Positions 37,394 through 46,969 of a DNA stretch of 64,000 bases are shown here, one piece after another; position 1 is the stretch's first letter; each line of letters opens with the position of its first letter. This DNA is from Bdellovibrionales bacterium (GTDB taxonomy: Bacteria > Bdellovibrionota > Bdellovibrionia > Bdellovibrionales > UBA1609): the NCBI GenBank assembly GCA_965237565.1, contig OZ250145.1, positions 182,860 to 246,859 of the forward strand, read 5' to 3'. The notes beneath the pieces are model-generated. The model did no database searches. It was not told the DNA's origin and was given only the letters and a program-made list of their open reading frames with translations. Made by a program: the position numbers and the translations under genes.

Positions 37394-37641
37394 GCCTAGA
37401 AATCCTGCCTTTTCAGACTTCACACTACTCTATAGAAATCGGCAAGCCTTATCAGCCAATCTTGCCTAGAAATCCTGCCTTTTCAAACTTCACACTACTC
37501 TATAGAAATCGGCAAGCCTTATCAGCCAATCTTGCCTAGAAATCCTGCCTTTTCAAACTTCACACTACTCTATAGAAATCGGCAAGCCTTATCAGCCAAT
37601 CTTGCCTAGAAATCCTGCCTTTTCAAACTTCACACTACTCT
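37394..37641. repeat. Tandem direct repeat, 70-bp unit x ~3.5 copies, essentially perfect
   Basis: Unit: gcctagaaatcctgccttttcaaacttcacactactctatagaaatcggcaagccttatcagccaatctt. Copies begin at 37394, 37464, 37534 and 37604 (the last is 38 bp). The only mismatch seen is g at 37416. Confidence 0.95.
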
Positions 37642-37652
37642 GGAAACAATAT

Positions 37653-38768
37653 TTATTCGTCTGTAAAGACAGTCTGGTCAGAAACCAAGTGAACAAGGGT
37701 ATCCGCAACAATAGAATAATCTTCCAAGCAAATACTAAAATTCCCACCACCTGTTTTTGTTGGAAGTTCGGACAAGAGCGTACCGTATGTTACATTCGAA
37801 AAGAAAGATGCTTCATCCTCATTTGTTTTTTTGCAAATTTCATCATTCGGTAAGATAATCAAATTGAATACCAACAACTTTTTATTCTGCTGTTCTTCGT
37901 ACACTCGATCAAATTCCTTCACTACTGCATCTGCTCTCACCACAGGTAAATCCTGTTCCTCTTCTGTGGCCTCATCCCCATTGCTAACAATCACAACCGC
38001 TAAATAATTAGCTTCCTCTCTGATTAAATTTTTATTCACTAAAAAGGAGCTCTTTAAAGCACTTAGAGGTCGTCGGTTCCCTGTATTCTGACAGTAAGGT
38101 GGATAGGAACAAGTTAAATCCTCCTGTGCTTGGCCGAATGGATTTCTTTTGTAGCGATCGGGAGCTGTCGTGATCGTGTACAGAAAAAGTTCCGGATAAT
38201 AAAGGACAATATCATCTAAATAGTGAGAATCAGTAACACCGTATTGGTCCTCTATAGGCATAACTTTTCCATTTCTAGCTTTAGATGTGAAAGCAGAAAA
38301 CAAACTATCTTCTTCCACATCGTAAGAGGTATCGGTAACCATCAATCGCCAATTCAGGGGTTCGATGATGGAAATGAATCTATTGAATCTCTCATGAAAA
38401 GCTTTCTTTCTGTAAAAATATGTAGAAAAACTGGTATCCAAAATGAACAAAATATCTACAGTAGCTAAAAAATTTTGTTGGTTCGTCAAAGTCTGAGTTT
38501 CTACAACTTCTATATCTGCTTTCAGTTCCTCACAATCTTTGTCTGTGAAAACTACATAATCTCCAAATTCACATTTATTTTTGGTTGAAGATTCATCAAA
38601 CCTTTTCTCTTTTTTTTCATAGCCCCCGAAATCCTCACCATCTGCGTAGTCTGAAATACCTGTACAGTTGAAAAGAACAAATAAAACATAAAAAAATAAA
38701 ATAACAATTTTTGTATTCAATGAACTTTCCCAAACTCTAGTTAAACGCCTCTTATGACTTTTCGGCAT
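37653..38768 (-). CDS. Secreted/membrane-anchored vWA-like (MIDAS DxSxS) protein, paralog 1
   Basis: N-terminal hydrophobic anchor, VDILFILDTSFS (DxSxS), later AVVIVSNGDE and C-terminal FSICLEDYS. Collinear with the ORFs at 56903-58033 and 60977-62161. Confidence 0.5.
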   Translation of the reverse strand: MPKSHKRRLTRVWESSLNTKIVILFFYVLFVLFNCTGISDYADGEDFGGYEKKEKRFDESSTKNKCEFGDYVVFTDKDCEELKADIEVVETQTLTNQQNFLATVDILFILDTSFSTYFYRKKAFHERFNRFISIIEPLNWRLMVTDTSYDVEEDSLFSAFTSKARNGKVMPIEDQYGVTDSHYLDDIVLYYPELFLYTITTAPDRYKRNPFGQAQEDLTCSYPPYCQNTGNRRPLSALKSSFLVNKNLIREEANYLAVVIVSNGDEATEEEQDLPVVRADAVVKEFDRVYEEQQNKKLLVFNLIILPNDEICKKTNEDEASFFSNVTYGTLLSELPTKTGGGNFSICLEDYSIVADTLVHLVSDQTVFTDE

Positions 38769-38856
38769 GAATATGAAGTGTCTTAATTTTAAGAAGGAAT
38801 ATTCATACGAGATTTAGGTCCTGTTTCTAGACAAAAGTGCTATCCTGCTTTGTGAC

Positions 38857-40137
38857 TTAAGTAGTGGAAAAAGGGAACAATGCATCCGATCCGTTGAGAT
38901 ATTTCCTTATGGGCAAAGGGATATGAATGGAACTATCACTTCTTTGATGGACTTCCAAGAAGCTAGCTAGTAAGCGAGGCAAAGCAATAGCTGTATTATT
39001 TAGCGTGTGACAATAATGTACTTTCCTATTTTGATCCCTGTATCTGAGACGAGTCCTGCGTGCTTGCCAATCCAGTAGAGAAGAGCAACTATGTGTTTCA
39101 ACGTACTTATTCAAGGAAGGAAACCAAGATTCAATATCATGCATTCGGTATTTCCCAGCTCCCATATCGCCTGTTGAAACAATGACCACCCGGTAAGGGA
39201 TTTCTAGGACTTGCAAAATCTCTTCTGATGTTTGAAGCAAAAATTCGTGCCACTTATCTGTTTCTTCTTTGCTGTTCTCACAAATGATATATTGTTCCAA
39301 TTTTACAAATTGATGAACACGCAACAAGCCCCTCACATCTCTCCCAGCACTACCCGCCTCCCTTCTGAAACAAGGGCTGAGTCCGGCCAATCGTAAAGGC
39401 AGTTGATCAAGCATCAGTATTTCCTCTCGATACAAACTATTGAGAATGACTTCAGAAGTGCCGGTTAAATAAATCTTATCTTTTTCAATATAGTAAACTT
39501 GTTCTTCTCCTTCTGGAAAATGCCCAGTCCCTATAAAGGAGGAACGATCTCCAAAATTCGGTAAGCTGAAAATTTCAAAACCTTTCCTCACAAGATAGTC
39601 TGTGCTCCAATGTATGAGAGCCTGCTCAAGCAAAACAGCTTCGTTCTTTAAGCAGTAACTACGAGAGCCACACACACTAGCCACTCTTTTAAAATCAGCC
39701 CAATTATTTTGAGTCAGAATCTCCACATGATTTTTCACCTCACCATTTTTTTTTATTTTCCCCACTTCTCTAATCAACTTATTGAACTGATCATCCTTTC
39801 CCACGGGAGAATCTGTAGAAGGAATATTGGGAACTTGTAACATCAAAGATTGGAATTGATTTTTTTTCTGTTCCAAAGTGCTTTGAATTTGTGCAATTTT
39901 GTGAGAGATTTTCCGTCCCAATTCAGTGAATTTCGCTTTTTTTTCACTCGAATCAGCTTGTTGAAATTGTTGTGCGTTCTCATTCTTTAACTTTTGCGAT
40001 TCTTGCAACTCTTGCTGGAGGCAACTGAGTTTTTTATCCAATGACAAAAGGGCATCCAAATCCAAAGAAATATTTTTTTCAGCAATCGCTTGTTTGACAA
40101 TTTGTGAATGAGAACGAATATACTTGATATCTAACAT
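38857..40137 (-). CDS. serS: Serine--tRNA ligase
   Basis: MLDIKYIRS start, N-terminal coiled coil and class II motifs (GTSEV, FRREAGSAGRD, ...NNTAIA). Confidence 0.95.
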   Translation of the reverse strand: MLDIKYIRSHSQIVKQAIAEKNISLDLDALLSLDKKLSCLQQELQESQKLKNENAQQFQQADSSEKKAKFTELGRKISHKIAQIQSTLEQKKNQFQSLMLQVPNIPSTDSPVGKDDQFNKLIREVGKIKKNGEVKNHVEILTQNNWADFKRVASVCGSRSYCLKNEAVLLEQALIHWSTDYLVRKGFEIFSLPNFGDRSSFIGTGHFPEGEEQVYYIEKDKIYLTGTSEVILNSLYREEILMLDQLPLRLAGLSPCFRREAGSAGRDVRGLLRVHQFVKLEQYIICENSKEETDKWHEFLLQTSEEILQVLEIPYRVVIVSTGDMGAGKYRMHDIESWFPSLNKYVETHSCSSLLDWQARRTRLRYRDQNRKVHYCHTLNNTAIALPRLLASFLEVHQRSDSSIHIPLPIRKYLNGSDALFPFSTT

Positions 40138-40214
40138 ATCCGAGTAGTTAAAAGGTGAGTGCAAAGAGGTCAAGGAAAATAAATACCTCCAGCCGTTAAA
40201 GTGTTAGGAAGAAA

Positions 40215-40805
40215 ATGAATGAAATAAAAATCATTTTGGCGAGCGGATCAGCTTCTAGAAAACAACAGTTGATAGACTTGGGCTTCCCATTCGCAGTGCA
40301 AGCCTCTCATCTGAATGAAAATCTGCTAAAACAAACAAATCTTTCCCCGTTTGAGAAATGCCAAAAAATTGCACAAGCCAAAGTAGAAAAAGTGGCAAAA
40401 AAGTACCCCGAAGCTCTTATCTTGGGAGGAGATCAAATGGCTGTGTTGGGGGACCAAATTTTTGATAAACCCTTCACAGTTGAAAAGGCTGTTCAATCTC
40501 TGATGAAATTACAAGGCAAAACTCACAAACTTTTTACAGCTCTGCACATGTGCTACAAAGAAAAATCCTTCAATCATTTGGAAGTGAATGGTATGCACAT
40601 GAGGAAATTAACAAAAGAACAAATTAGAAAATATGTAGACATAGCCCAGCCCTTACAATGTGCAGGCTCTTATGCCCTAGAGAGATATGGGCTGACTCTA
40701 TTTGAAAAAATCGAAACAAACGACCAGAGTGCTATCATTGGTTTTCCTCTCATAACCCTCATCAACCAACTCATAAAATGGAACATTCCCCTACCGTTTT
40801 TATAA
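40215..40805 (+). CDS. maf: Maf-like nucleoside triphosphate pyrophosphatase
   Basis: IILASGSASRKQQL N-terminus, ~196 aa, GSYALE motif. Confidence 0.85.
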   Translation: MNEIKIILASGSASRKQQLIDLGFPFAVQASHLNENLLKQTNLSPFEKCQKIAQAKVEKVAKKYPEALILGGDQMAVLGDQIFDKPFTVEKAVQSLMKLQGKTHKLFTALHMCYKEKSFNHLEVNGMHMRKLTKEQIRKYVDIAQPLQCAGSYALERYGLTLFEKIETNDQSAIIGFPLITLINQLIKWNIPLPFL

Positions 40806-40889
40806 AACAGGCAACTGAGAAAGACGCCACCAAAGATTTCAAAAAGTACTTGTCTTTTACCCCTTCAAACATTAGCGTAGCCCGTTGAT

Positions 40890-41966
40890 ATGCCTCGTTG
40901 GACATACTTTCACGATCTAGATCCCTTCATCATTCAATTCACTGAAAATATAGGAATACGCTGGTATTCCATGGCCTATATAGTGGGATTTTTTATTAGC
41001 TACCTATTGGTGAAGCACTTTTTGACCAGAACAAAAACCACTCCTTTATCTAAAGAAAATTTGGCTGATATAGTTGTATGGGCAGCTTTTGGTCTGATCA
41101 TTGGCGGGCGAGTGGGCTATGCTCTTTTTTACGACAGCAGTCTTTTTTCCACCTTTGATTCCCGTTTTCCTTATTGGGAGCTACTAAAAATCTATCATGG
41201 AGGATTGGCTAGTCATGGAGCAATCATCGGTCTTATTTTGGGGGTGATTTTTTTCGCAAGAAAAAGAAATTTTCCCGTATACCATTGTCTCGACATAATT
41301 GGATTTGGAGCTGGTATTGGCATTTTTTTGGGGAGACTCGCCAATTTTGTCAATGGAGAACTCTACGGGCGAGTGATTACAGGAAATCCATTCATCGCTG
41401 TCCAGTTTCCACAAGAGATGATGTTGTGGGTTGCAGAAAAAAAAACAGAGTACTTAAAAGACATCACTGAAGCTGTTGTTGCTTTGAAAGACAAAATAGA
41501 TCTCACGGGTGATCAATGGCAAAATCTTATTTACCAATTTGAATCCACGGGCCAAGGGAGGGGGCAGATTTATTTTGTGATTCAATCTCTTCTAAAAGCT
41601 TGTGAAGAAGGAAACAAAGCAGTCATACAATCTTTAAAAGAAGTGATTTCCTATAGGTATCCTTCACAAATTTACCAAGCCGTTTTGGAAGGTCTTTTGC
41701 CTTTTTTGATTGTATGGTTTTTTTGGAGAAAAAAGGCCAGAAAACCAGGTGTGATTGCCGGATTGTGGGCCATTAGTTATGCCGTGATGCGAATCGTGGG
41801 AGAACAATTTCGACTACCAGATGCTCAACTAGGTTTTCGAGCCTTGGGTTTAACGCGAGGACAGTGGTTGAGTGTGACCATGCTGGTGTTGGTATGTATT
41901 TACTTTGTTTTGGTATTCAGAAACAAGAGTAGCCAAAAATTTGGTGGCTGGAATTCTCGTTCATAA
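40890..41966 (+). CDS. lgt: Prolipoprotein diacylglyceryl transferase
   Basis: HGGLASHGAIIG, GRLANFVNGELYGR and RYPSQIYQ...EG motifs. Longer than E. coli Lgt because of an enlarged periplasmic insert. Confidence 0.9.
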   Translation: MPRWTYFHDLDPFIIQFTENIGIRWYSMAYIVGFFISYLLVKHFLTRTKTTPLSKENLADIVVWAAFGLIIGGRVGYALFYDSSLFSTFDSRFPYWELLKIYHGGLASHGAIIGLILGVIFFARKRNFPVYHCLDIIGFGAGIGIFLGRLANFVNGELYGRVITGNPFIAVQFPQEMMLWVAEKKTEYLKDITEAVVALKDKIDLTGDQWQNLIYQFESTGQGRGQIYFVIQSLLKACEEGNKAVIQSLKEVISYRYPSQIYQAVLEGLLPFLIVWFFWRKKARKPGVIAGLWAISYAVMRIVGEQFRLPDAQLGFRALGLTRGQWLSVTMLVLVCIYFVLVFRNKSSQKFGGWNSRS

Positions 41967-41988
41967 AATCACATTGAATACAAAAAAT

Positions 41989-42081
41989 TGGCGGAGGGAG
42001 AGGGATTCGAACCCTCGGTACGAGTGATCCCCGTACGGTTATTTAGCAAACAACTGGTTTCAGCCACTCACCCATCCCTCC
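41989..42081 (-). tRNA. tRNA-Ser (anticodon GCT), CCA encoded
   Basis: The minus strand reads GGAGGGA-TG-GGTGAGTGGCTGAAACC-A-GTTGT-TTGCTAA-ATAAC-long variable arm (GTACG/CGTAC stem)-GAGGGTTCGAATCCCTC-TCCCTCC-G-CCA. Confidence 0.9.
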
Positions 42082-42150
42082 ATCTCGATTCCGAGAATGC
42101 CACAGCACCGACAGGGAATCAAGCGAGACTACTTTAGCTTTATTTTCGAT

Positions 42151-42179
42151 TTCAAGGAATTCACAAAAGATGTTATAGT
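42151..42179 (+). promoter_or_regulatory. Sigma70-like promoter candidate for tRNA-Arg
   Basis: TTCAAG (42151-42156), 17-nt spacer, TATAGT (42174-42179). The tRNA 5' end is 15 nt downstream. Confidence 0.35.
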
Positions 42180-42193
42180 GATTCTACTATTTT

Positions 42194-42267
42194 GCGCCCG
42201 TAGCTTAGCTGGATAGAGTACCTGACTACGGATCAGGAGGTCGGAGGTTCGAATCCTTCCGGGCGCG
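42194..42267 (+). tRNA. tRNA-Arg (anticodon ACG), CCA not encoded
   Basis: GCGCCCG-TA-GCTTAGCTGGATAGAGT-A-CCTGA-CTACGGA-TCAGG-AGGTC-GGAGGTTCGAATCCTTC-CGGGCGC-G cloverleaf. Confidence 0.9.
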
Positions 42268-42317
42268 TTGATTCCAAAGTGATTTTTGCTCCCAAACTAA
42301 AAAATTCTAACAACAAT

Positions 42318-42974
42318 TTATTTCCAATTGATTTTCATATTTTCAAATTTTGGTTTCTCATCAGGATCAATGGGTTCCAAAATCACTTTTAGATCTTCTG
42401 TAAAATGAACTTTAAATCCTTGCTCTTTCGCCGCTGCGATAAAGTATTCAACAAATTGTCTTTTCTGCTCATCATTTTTATCTTTTAAATATTTTTCCAA
42501 CCACTCTCTATTTTCTATTTGCCTGCCGATTATATCTTCCGGATCCTCATAAAGATCATTTACAAATGGCTTTTCATCTAGATCTTTGGCTATTGATTGA
42601 ATCTTTCGGTTCTCTGGAAAGATAGCTCCCATATCCAGCGAGGGAACGGTGGGTCCCAAAGGATCAATCTCACCTATTGGCTCAGCATTTATTTGCTCCA
42701 ATTTTTTTTCTTGAATTCGAATGTCGGTCTTGATCTTGAGTTCCGCTTGACGCTGACTGATTCTCTCTTCAAGAGTGTATGGTTCATCAACAGGTTCACT
42801 CAGAGATCGCACATTCAGAGTATTTTTCTCATCATAAAATTCATGAACGAAAAAACCAGCCACAAAAAGGAAGCAAAGAAGGAAAAAAAGTCGCAAAAAG
42901 TTTACATTCTTTTTGGTAGATCTAAGCTCACTTTGCCTAATATTTTTTTTCATCTTTTTTTTATAAAAAGACAT
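42318..42974 (-). CDS. Hypothetical membrane-anchored protein
   Basis: Basic N-terminus, a single TM (FLRLFFLLCFLFVAGFFV), then a charged soluble domain. No recognised motif. Confidence 0.4.
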   Translation of the reverse strand: MSFYKKKMKKNIRQSELRSTKKNVNFLRLFFLLCFLFVAGFFVHEFYDEKNTLNVRSLSEPVDEPYTLEERISQRQAELKIKTDIRIQEKKLEQINAEPIGEIDPLGPTVPSLDMGAIFPENRKIQSIAKDLDEKPFVNDLYEDPEDIIGRQIENREWLEKYLKDKNDEQKRQFVEYFIAAAKEQGFKVHFTEDLKVILEPIDPDEKPKFENMKINWK

Positions 42975-43088
42975 GTTTGCCTCTTTATTTTATCATAATA
43001 AAACACTGCCCTTCCTTGTCGGTTGATCCCTTATCAATCTAAAATAACTATTGACCCTGATGGATAAAAATTTATACGATCCCTCACA

Positions 43089-43748
43089 ATGATGAATCTA
43101 TATATTTATGATCACTGTCCTTATTGTGTGAAAGCACGTATGATTTTTGGAATTAAAAACCAAAAAAAACATTTGGTCACCTTGGCAAACGATGATGAGA
43201 AAACCCCGTCTAAAATGATTGGAAAAAAAATGGTCCCCATTTTGGAAAAAGCTCCCAAGGAATACATGCCAGAAAGCTTGGATATTATTCGATACGTTGA
43301 TGAACTCTCTCCGCCCACTCAAGTGAAATGGGAGGAGGATCCTTCTTTGCTACAAATATTTGGCAACTGTCATATGAGTTATCGTTCTCTCGTCATGCCC
43401 CGATGGGTGAATACAGAGATGGAAGAGTTTCAAACTCCAGAGGCAAGAAAATACTTCCAAAACAGAGTCGAAAAACTCCTAGGACAGTCTTTTGATGAGG
43501 CTCATAAAAATACTTCCTCTTTTAAAGAGGAGATTGAAAATCATTTGGTGAAAATATCTGAATTGTTTCCAGCAAAAAATCACTGGTACAAAGGAACTGA
43601 TTTGAGTCTAAATGATTTTCACCTATTTGCTTTTTTGAGAGCCTTATCTATTGTCAAGGGTCTTTGTTTTCCAAGCTCCTTGAGAAGTTATATGGAAAGA
43701 TGCGAAAAGGAATGCAAAATTCCTTTACATTTTTCCATGGCTAGCTAA
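43089..43748 (+). CDS. grxB: Glutaredoxin 2
   Basis: MNLYIYDHCPYCVKARMIFGIKN (CPYC active site) with a GST-like C-terminal domain, ~219 aa. Confidence 0.85.
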   Translation: MMNLYIYDHCPYCVKARMIFGIKNQKKHLVTLANDDEKTPSKMIGKKMVPILEKAPKEYMPESLDIIRYVDELSPPTQVKWEEDPSLLQIFGNCHMSYRSLVMPRWVNTEMEEFQTPEARKYFQNRVEKLLGQSFDEAHKNTSSFKEEIENHLVKISELFPAKNHWYKGTDLSLNDFHLFAFLRALSIVKGLCFPSSLRSYMERCEKECKIPLHFSMAS

Positions 43749-43764
43749 TTTGATGATTCAATCT

Positions 43765-45426
43765 CTAATGACCACCGGCCATGCCCTCACCACGATGATC
43801 AAAAGCTCCTTCTAAAAAATTTCCTTCCTGATCTGTAGCCACAGCATAAATTTTAGCTATAGAATCTCGTTTTTTCAATTGGTATCCTAGCCTTTTCAAA
43901 GCTTCTAAAACAGAGGGAAAAAATCTATTTTTTTCATAATAAAGAATACGAGGCAAAAACTGGTGATGAATGCGAGGAGCTTGTATCGCTTCGTCCAAAT
44001 CAAAATTATTTATCAAGTGGCGATACAATACTTGGAAAACAGAACTGATGATCATTGGTCCTCCGGACCCTCCCAAAACCATTCTCACTTTTCCTTCCTT
44101 TTTCACAAGGGTTGGACTCATTGAACTCAAAGGTCTGTGCCCGCCACGCACCTCATTGTTTTTGCCTTGAATCAAACCAAATTGATTGGGCTGACCCGGT
44201 CGTGTATTGAAATCATCCATCTGATTGTTCAAAACGATGCCATATTTACTTGTCACAATTGAAGAGCCGTAAATTCCGTTTAAAGTTAAGGTCATTGAAA
44301 CAGCCTGATTCTTATCATTCATCAAGGAAAAGTGAGTGGTCTCAGTGGATTCAGTGGATTCACTCGGCAGTGCATTTGGATTTAAAGGTGGAAGATTAAC
44401 CACTTTTTTGAAAGAAAATCGAGAGACTAATTTTTTTAAATTATCATGAGATAGCCAACTGGGATCACCCATTGAATTAGACAGATCTCCCATTTGAATT
44501 CTGGGTCGGAAGGCAAAGGATAAAATCCCTCCCATAGAATGCCACTCTCTTATACTGTAAAGATCAGGCGTTTGCTTATTCATTAAACGGGTCAATTGGA
44601 TAGCCCTTGCTACAATCAAACCTCCTGAGCTAGGAAGAGGCATGCCATAGAACTCAAAACCAAATATTTGCGAGAAAATGGGACGCAACCAATCTACTTG
44701 ATAATTTTCTAAATCATCTGCTGTCATTATTCCTTTATTGGCTTTCACAGCTTCGATAACATCTGTTCCAATGGGACCCCCATAAAAAGCTGACCGACCG
44801 GATGTAGCCAAAATACGTAAGGCTTTAGCCAACCGCTTTTGCCTTAACACCTCATTAGGGGGGTAAGGGTTTCCGTCTCTACGAAGAAAAATAGTTTTCC
44901 CATTTGGACCAAATTTTTTTGCACTTTTCCTTGTACGATCAAACCAATCTCCTGAAACAGGAAAACCTTTTTCAGCCAATTGAATAGCTGGTCTCAATAA
45001 TACCTTCCAAGGAAGAGATCCATATTTTTTATGAATCGCCCAAAGTCCATCCACAAAACCCGGCACCCCAACAGCCGCTCCTCCGGTGAGAGAAGAGAGA
45101 CCACTTTTCACATAAAAATCAGGAGTCATTTTAGACGGAGCCACTTCACGAAAATCCAAAGCCTCAACCTCATCTTTGTTTGCAATGAGAGCGAAACCAC
45201 CACAAGCTAAAGAGACAAAATAGGGATGTGTCACACTTAAAGTGAAGGCTCCAGCAATAGTGGAATCAAAGATATTACCTTTTTTATTATGAATCTCTTG
45301 AACCGTTTTCACCAAATAGGGAGAAGGCCCAGATACAATAATTTTTTGAGCCTTTGTTACTTGAGCGAAAACAGGAAACAGAAAGAAACTCAGCCACAAA
45401 CAGAAAATGTATTGAATCATATCCAT
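43765..45426 (-). CDS. ggt: Gamma-glutamyltransferase
   Basis: Signal peptide, autoprocessing site region ...ETTHFSLMD (catalytic Thr) and GGSGGPMIIS near the C-terminus. Confidence 0.9.
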   Translation of the reverse strand: MDMIQYIFCLWLSFFLFPVFAQVTKAQKIIVSGPSPYLVKTVQEIHNKKGNIFDSTIAGAFTLSVTHPYFVSLACGGFALIANKDEVEALDFREVAPSKMTPDFYVKSGLSSLTGGAAVGVPGFVDGLWAIHKKYGSLPWKVLLRPAIQLAEKGFPVSGDWFDRTRKSAKKFGPNGKTIFLRRDGNPYPPNEVLRQKRLAKALRILATSGRSAFYGGPIGTDVIEAVKANKGIMTADDLENYQVDWLRPIFSQIFGFEFYGMPLPSSGGLIVARAIQLTRLMNKQTPDLYSIREWHSMGGILSFAFRPRIQMGDLSNSMGDPSWLSHDNLKKLVSRFSFKKVVNLPPLNPNALPSESTESTETTHFSLMNDKNQAVSMTLTLNGIYGSSIVTSKYGIVLNNQMDDFNTRPGQPNQFGLIQGKNNEVRGGHRPLSSMSPTLVKKEGKVRMVLGGSGGPMIISSVFQVLYRHLINNFDLDEAIQAPRIHHQFLPRILYYEKNRFFPSVLEALKRLGYQLKKRDSIAKIYAVATDQEGNFLEGAFDHRGEGMAGGH

Positions 45427-45488
45427 ACCTCCTTGACGCTTCTTAGATTATTCTTAATTCTTTGTTTTTTGTTCCCTTGGTATTTTTA

Positions 45489-46871
45489 TTAATTAAATCG
45501 ATTTATCAAATTTTCGAAGACCTGTCCTCTCTCTTCATAAGAGTTAAAAATATCAAAACTTGGACAGCCGGGAGAGAGCAAAACAATATCTCCAATGCGA
45601 GATTTTTGGTACGCAATCAAAACAGCTTCTTCAAAAGTGCCAACCACAAAAGTTTCTGAATAATCTCCAATTTGCCGATTGATTTTTTCTTTTGCTTCAC
45701 CAACCAAAATGAGATTTTTAACCTTTCGCTGAATTCTTTCTATAAGAGGCCTATAGTTCAAGCCCATGTCCTTGCCTCCCATAATGAGAATAATATTTTC
45801 ATCAAATACATCTATAGCCTTCATCACGGCATGAACATTTGTGGCCTTGGAATCATTATAAAAACTCACCCCTCCTACTTTTCTCACATAACTCAAACGA
45901 TGAGGCCTGCCTTTATAAGAAGAAATGACTTTTTGAACATTCTCCCAATTGGCACCATTTGGACGAGCAGCCAAAATCGCAGCCATTATATTTTCATGCG
46001 AATGCTGGCCCAGCATCTGATTGTTTTCAATGCTGTAGTACTCAATCCCAGGACCAATTCGCACTTGTATTTGGTTGTCAATCAATACAGCTCCTCCAAT
46101 CTTCATAATTTGAGAAGTCAGTGCTTTCTTTCTAGAAAAATAGAACAAACGTCCTTTTTGAACAACTGGATCACGAGCCAGTTCCAAAATCGCTTTGTCA
46201 TCTGCATTTAAAATGCTGGTGGTTTGCACCTTTGTGTTTTTAAATATCCGCCTTTTTGCATTCACATATTCTTCCATACTACGATAACGATCCAAATGAT
46301 CCTCGGCCAAATTGGTAAAAACAATATTATGAGGCGACATTTCTTTTACATGCTCCAACATAAAACTGGAAGCCTCCACGACCAAAATATCTGCTTTCCT
46401 GCCACTATATAGGTATTCACTTAGTGGCTCACCAAAATTACCACCAGCCCAAGGATTCAAGCCAGAAGCTTTGAGCGACTGATAGATGAGATCAGAGGTT
46501 GTAGTTTTTCCATTAGTGCCTGTTACAACCAACAAAGGTTCTTTCACAAAGCGAGAACAAAATTCAAATTCACCGGTTACTTCGACACCTTGAGAATTCA
46601 CATACTCAAATAACTTAAGATGCGAAGGAATGCCTGGACTCAAAATAACATAATCTTTGTTCAAAAAAGTTTTTGGTGTATGGCCTTCTAATTCCAAATG
46701 GATCGTTAAATCTTCTACTTGTTCCAAGTATCGAGTGAGTTCAGCTTCTGATTTATGATCACTGATTGTTACTTCTGCTCCATATTTCACAAGAAAATGG
46801 GCAAGAGACACTCCTGTTTTTGCCAAACCCACAATGAGAATTTTTTTTCCTTTTAATTCAGATAATTCCAA
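45489..46871 (-). CDS. murD: UDP-N-acetylmuramoylalanine--D-glutamate ligase
   Basis: GLAKTGVS Rossmann motif, VTGTNGKTTT P-loop, dcw context. Confidence 0.93.
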   Translation of the reverse strand: MELSELKGKKILIVGLAKTGVSLAHFLVKYGAEVTISDHKSEAELTRYLEQVEDLTIHLELEGHTPKTFLNKDYVILSPGIPSHLKLFEYVNSQGVEVTGEFEFCSRFVKEPLLVVTGTNGKTTTSDLIYQSLKASGLNPWAGGNFGEPLSEYLYSGRKADILVVEASSFMLEHVKEMSPHNIVFTNLAEDHLDRYRSMEEYVNAKRRIFKNTKVQTTSILNADDKAILELARDPVVQKGRLFYFSRKKALTSQIMKIGGAVLIDNQIQVRIGPGIEYYSIENNQMLGQHSHENIMAAILAARPNGANWENVQKVISSYKGRPHRLSYVRKVGGVSFYNDSKATNVHAVMKAIDVFDENIILIMGGKDMGLNYRPLIERIQRKVKNLILVGEAKEKINRQIGDYSETFVVGTFEEAVLIAYQKSRIGDIVLLSPGCPSFDIFNSYEERGQVFENLINRFN

Positions 46872-46969
46872 AATGCACTCCTAATTTTTTCCAATCTGAC
46901 AATAAAAATTCCCCCTTTTTCGTTTAAACAATTTCAAAACAAACCCACCCTTTTTACAAGCAAAATGAT

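Noticed and set aside
37394-37641. Possible CRISPR array.
   Set aside because: The 70-bp units are contiguous and identical, with no unique spacers between them. The unit is too long for a CRISPR repeat, and no cas genes are nearby. It is a plain tandem repeat.
37261-37853. ORFs 37261-37539 (+) and 37602-37853 (+), which translate the repeat array into repeated peptides (LPRNPAFSNFTLL...).
   Set aside because: They exist only because the 70-bp unit lacks stops in one frame. 70 is not a multiple of 3, so the frame shifts between copies. No ribosome-binding site is present, and the second ORF overlaps the vWA gene in antisense.
41989-42974. A tRNA-linked genomic island or prophage remnant next to tRNA-Ser/tRNA-Arg.
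   Set aside because: There is no integrase, no direct repeat of a tRNA 3' end, and the downstream genes (grxB, ggt) look chromosomal.
45672-46211. The 179-aa plus-strand ORF inside murD.
   Set aside because: It is antisense to a confidently identified Mur ligase, has low-complexity composition, and shows no motif or ribosome-binding site.
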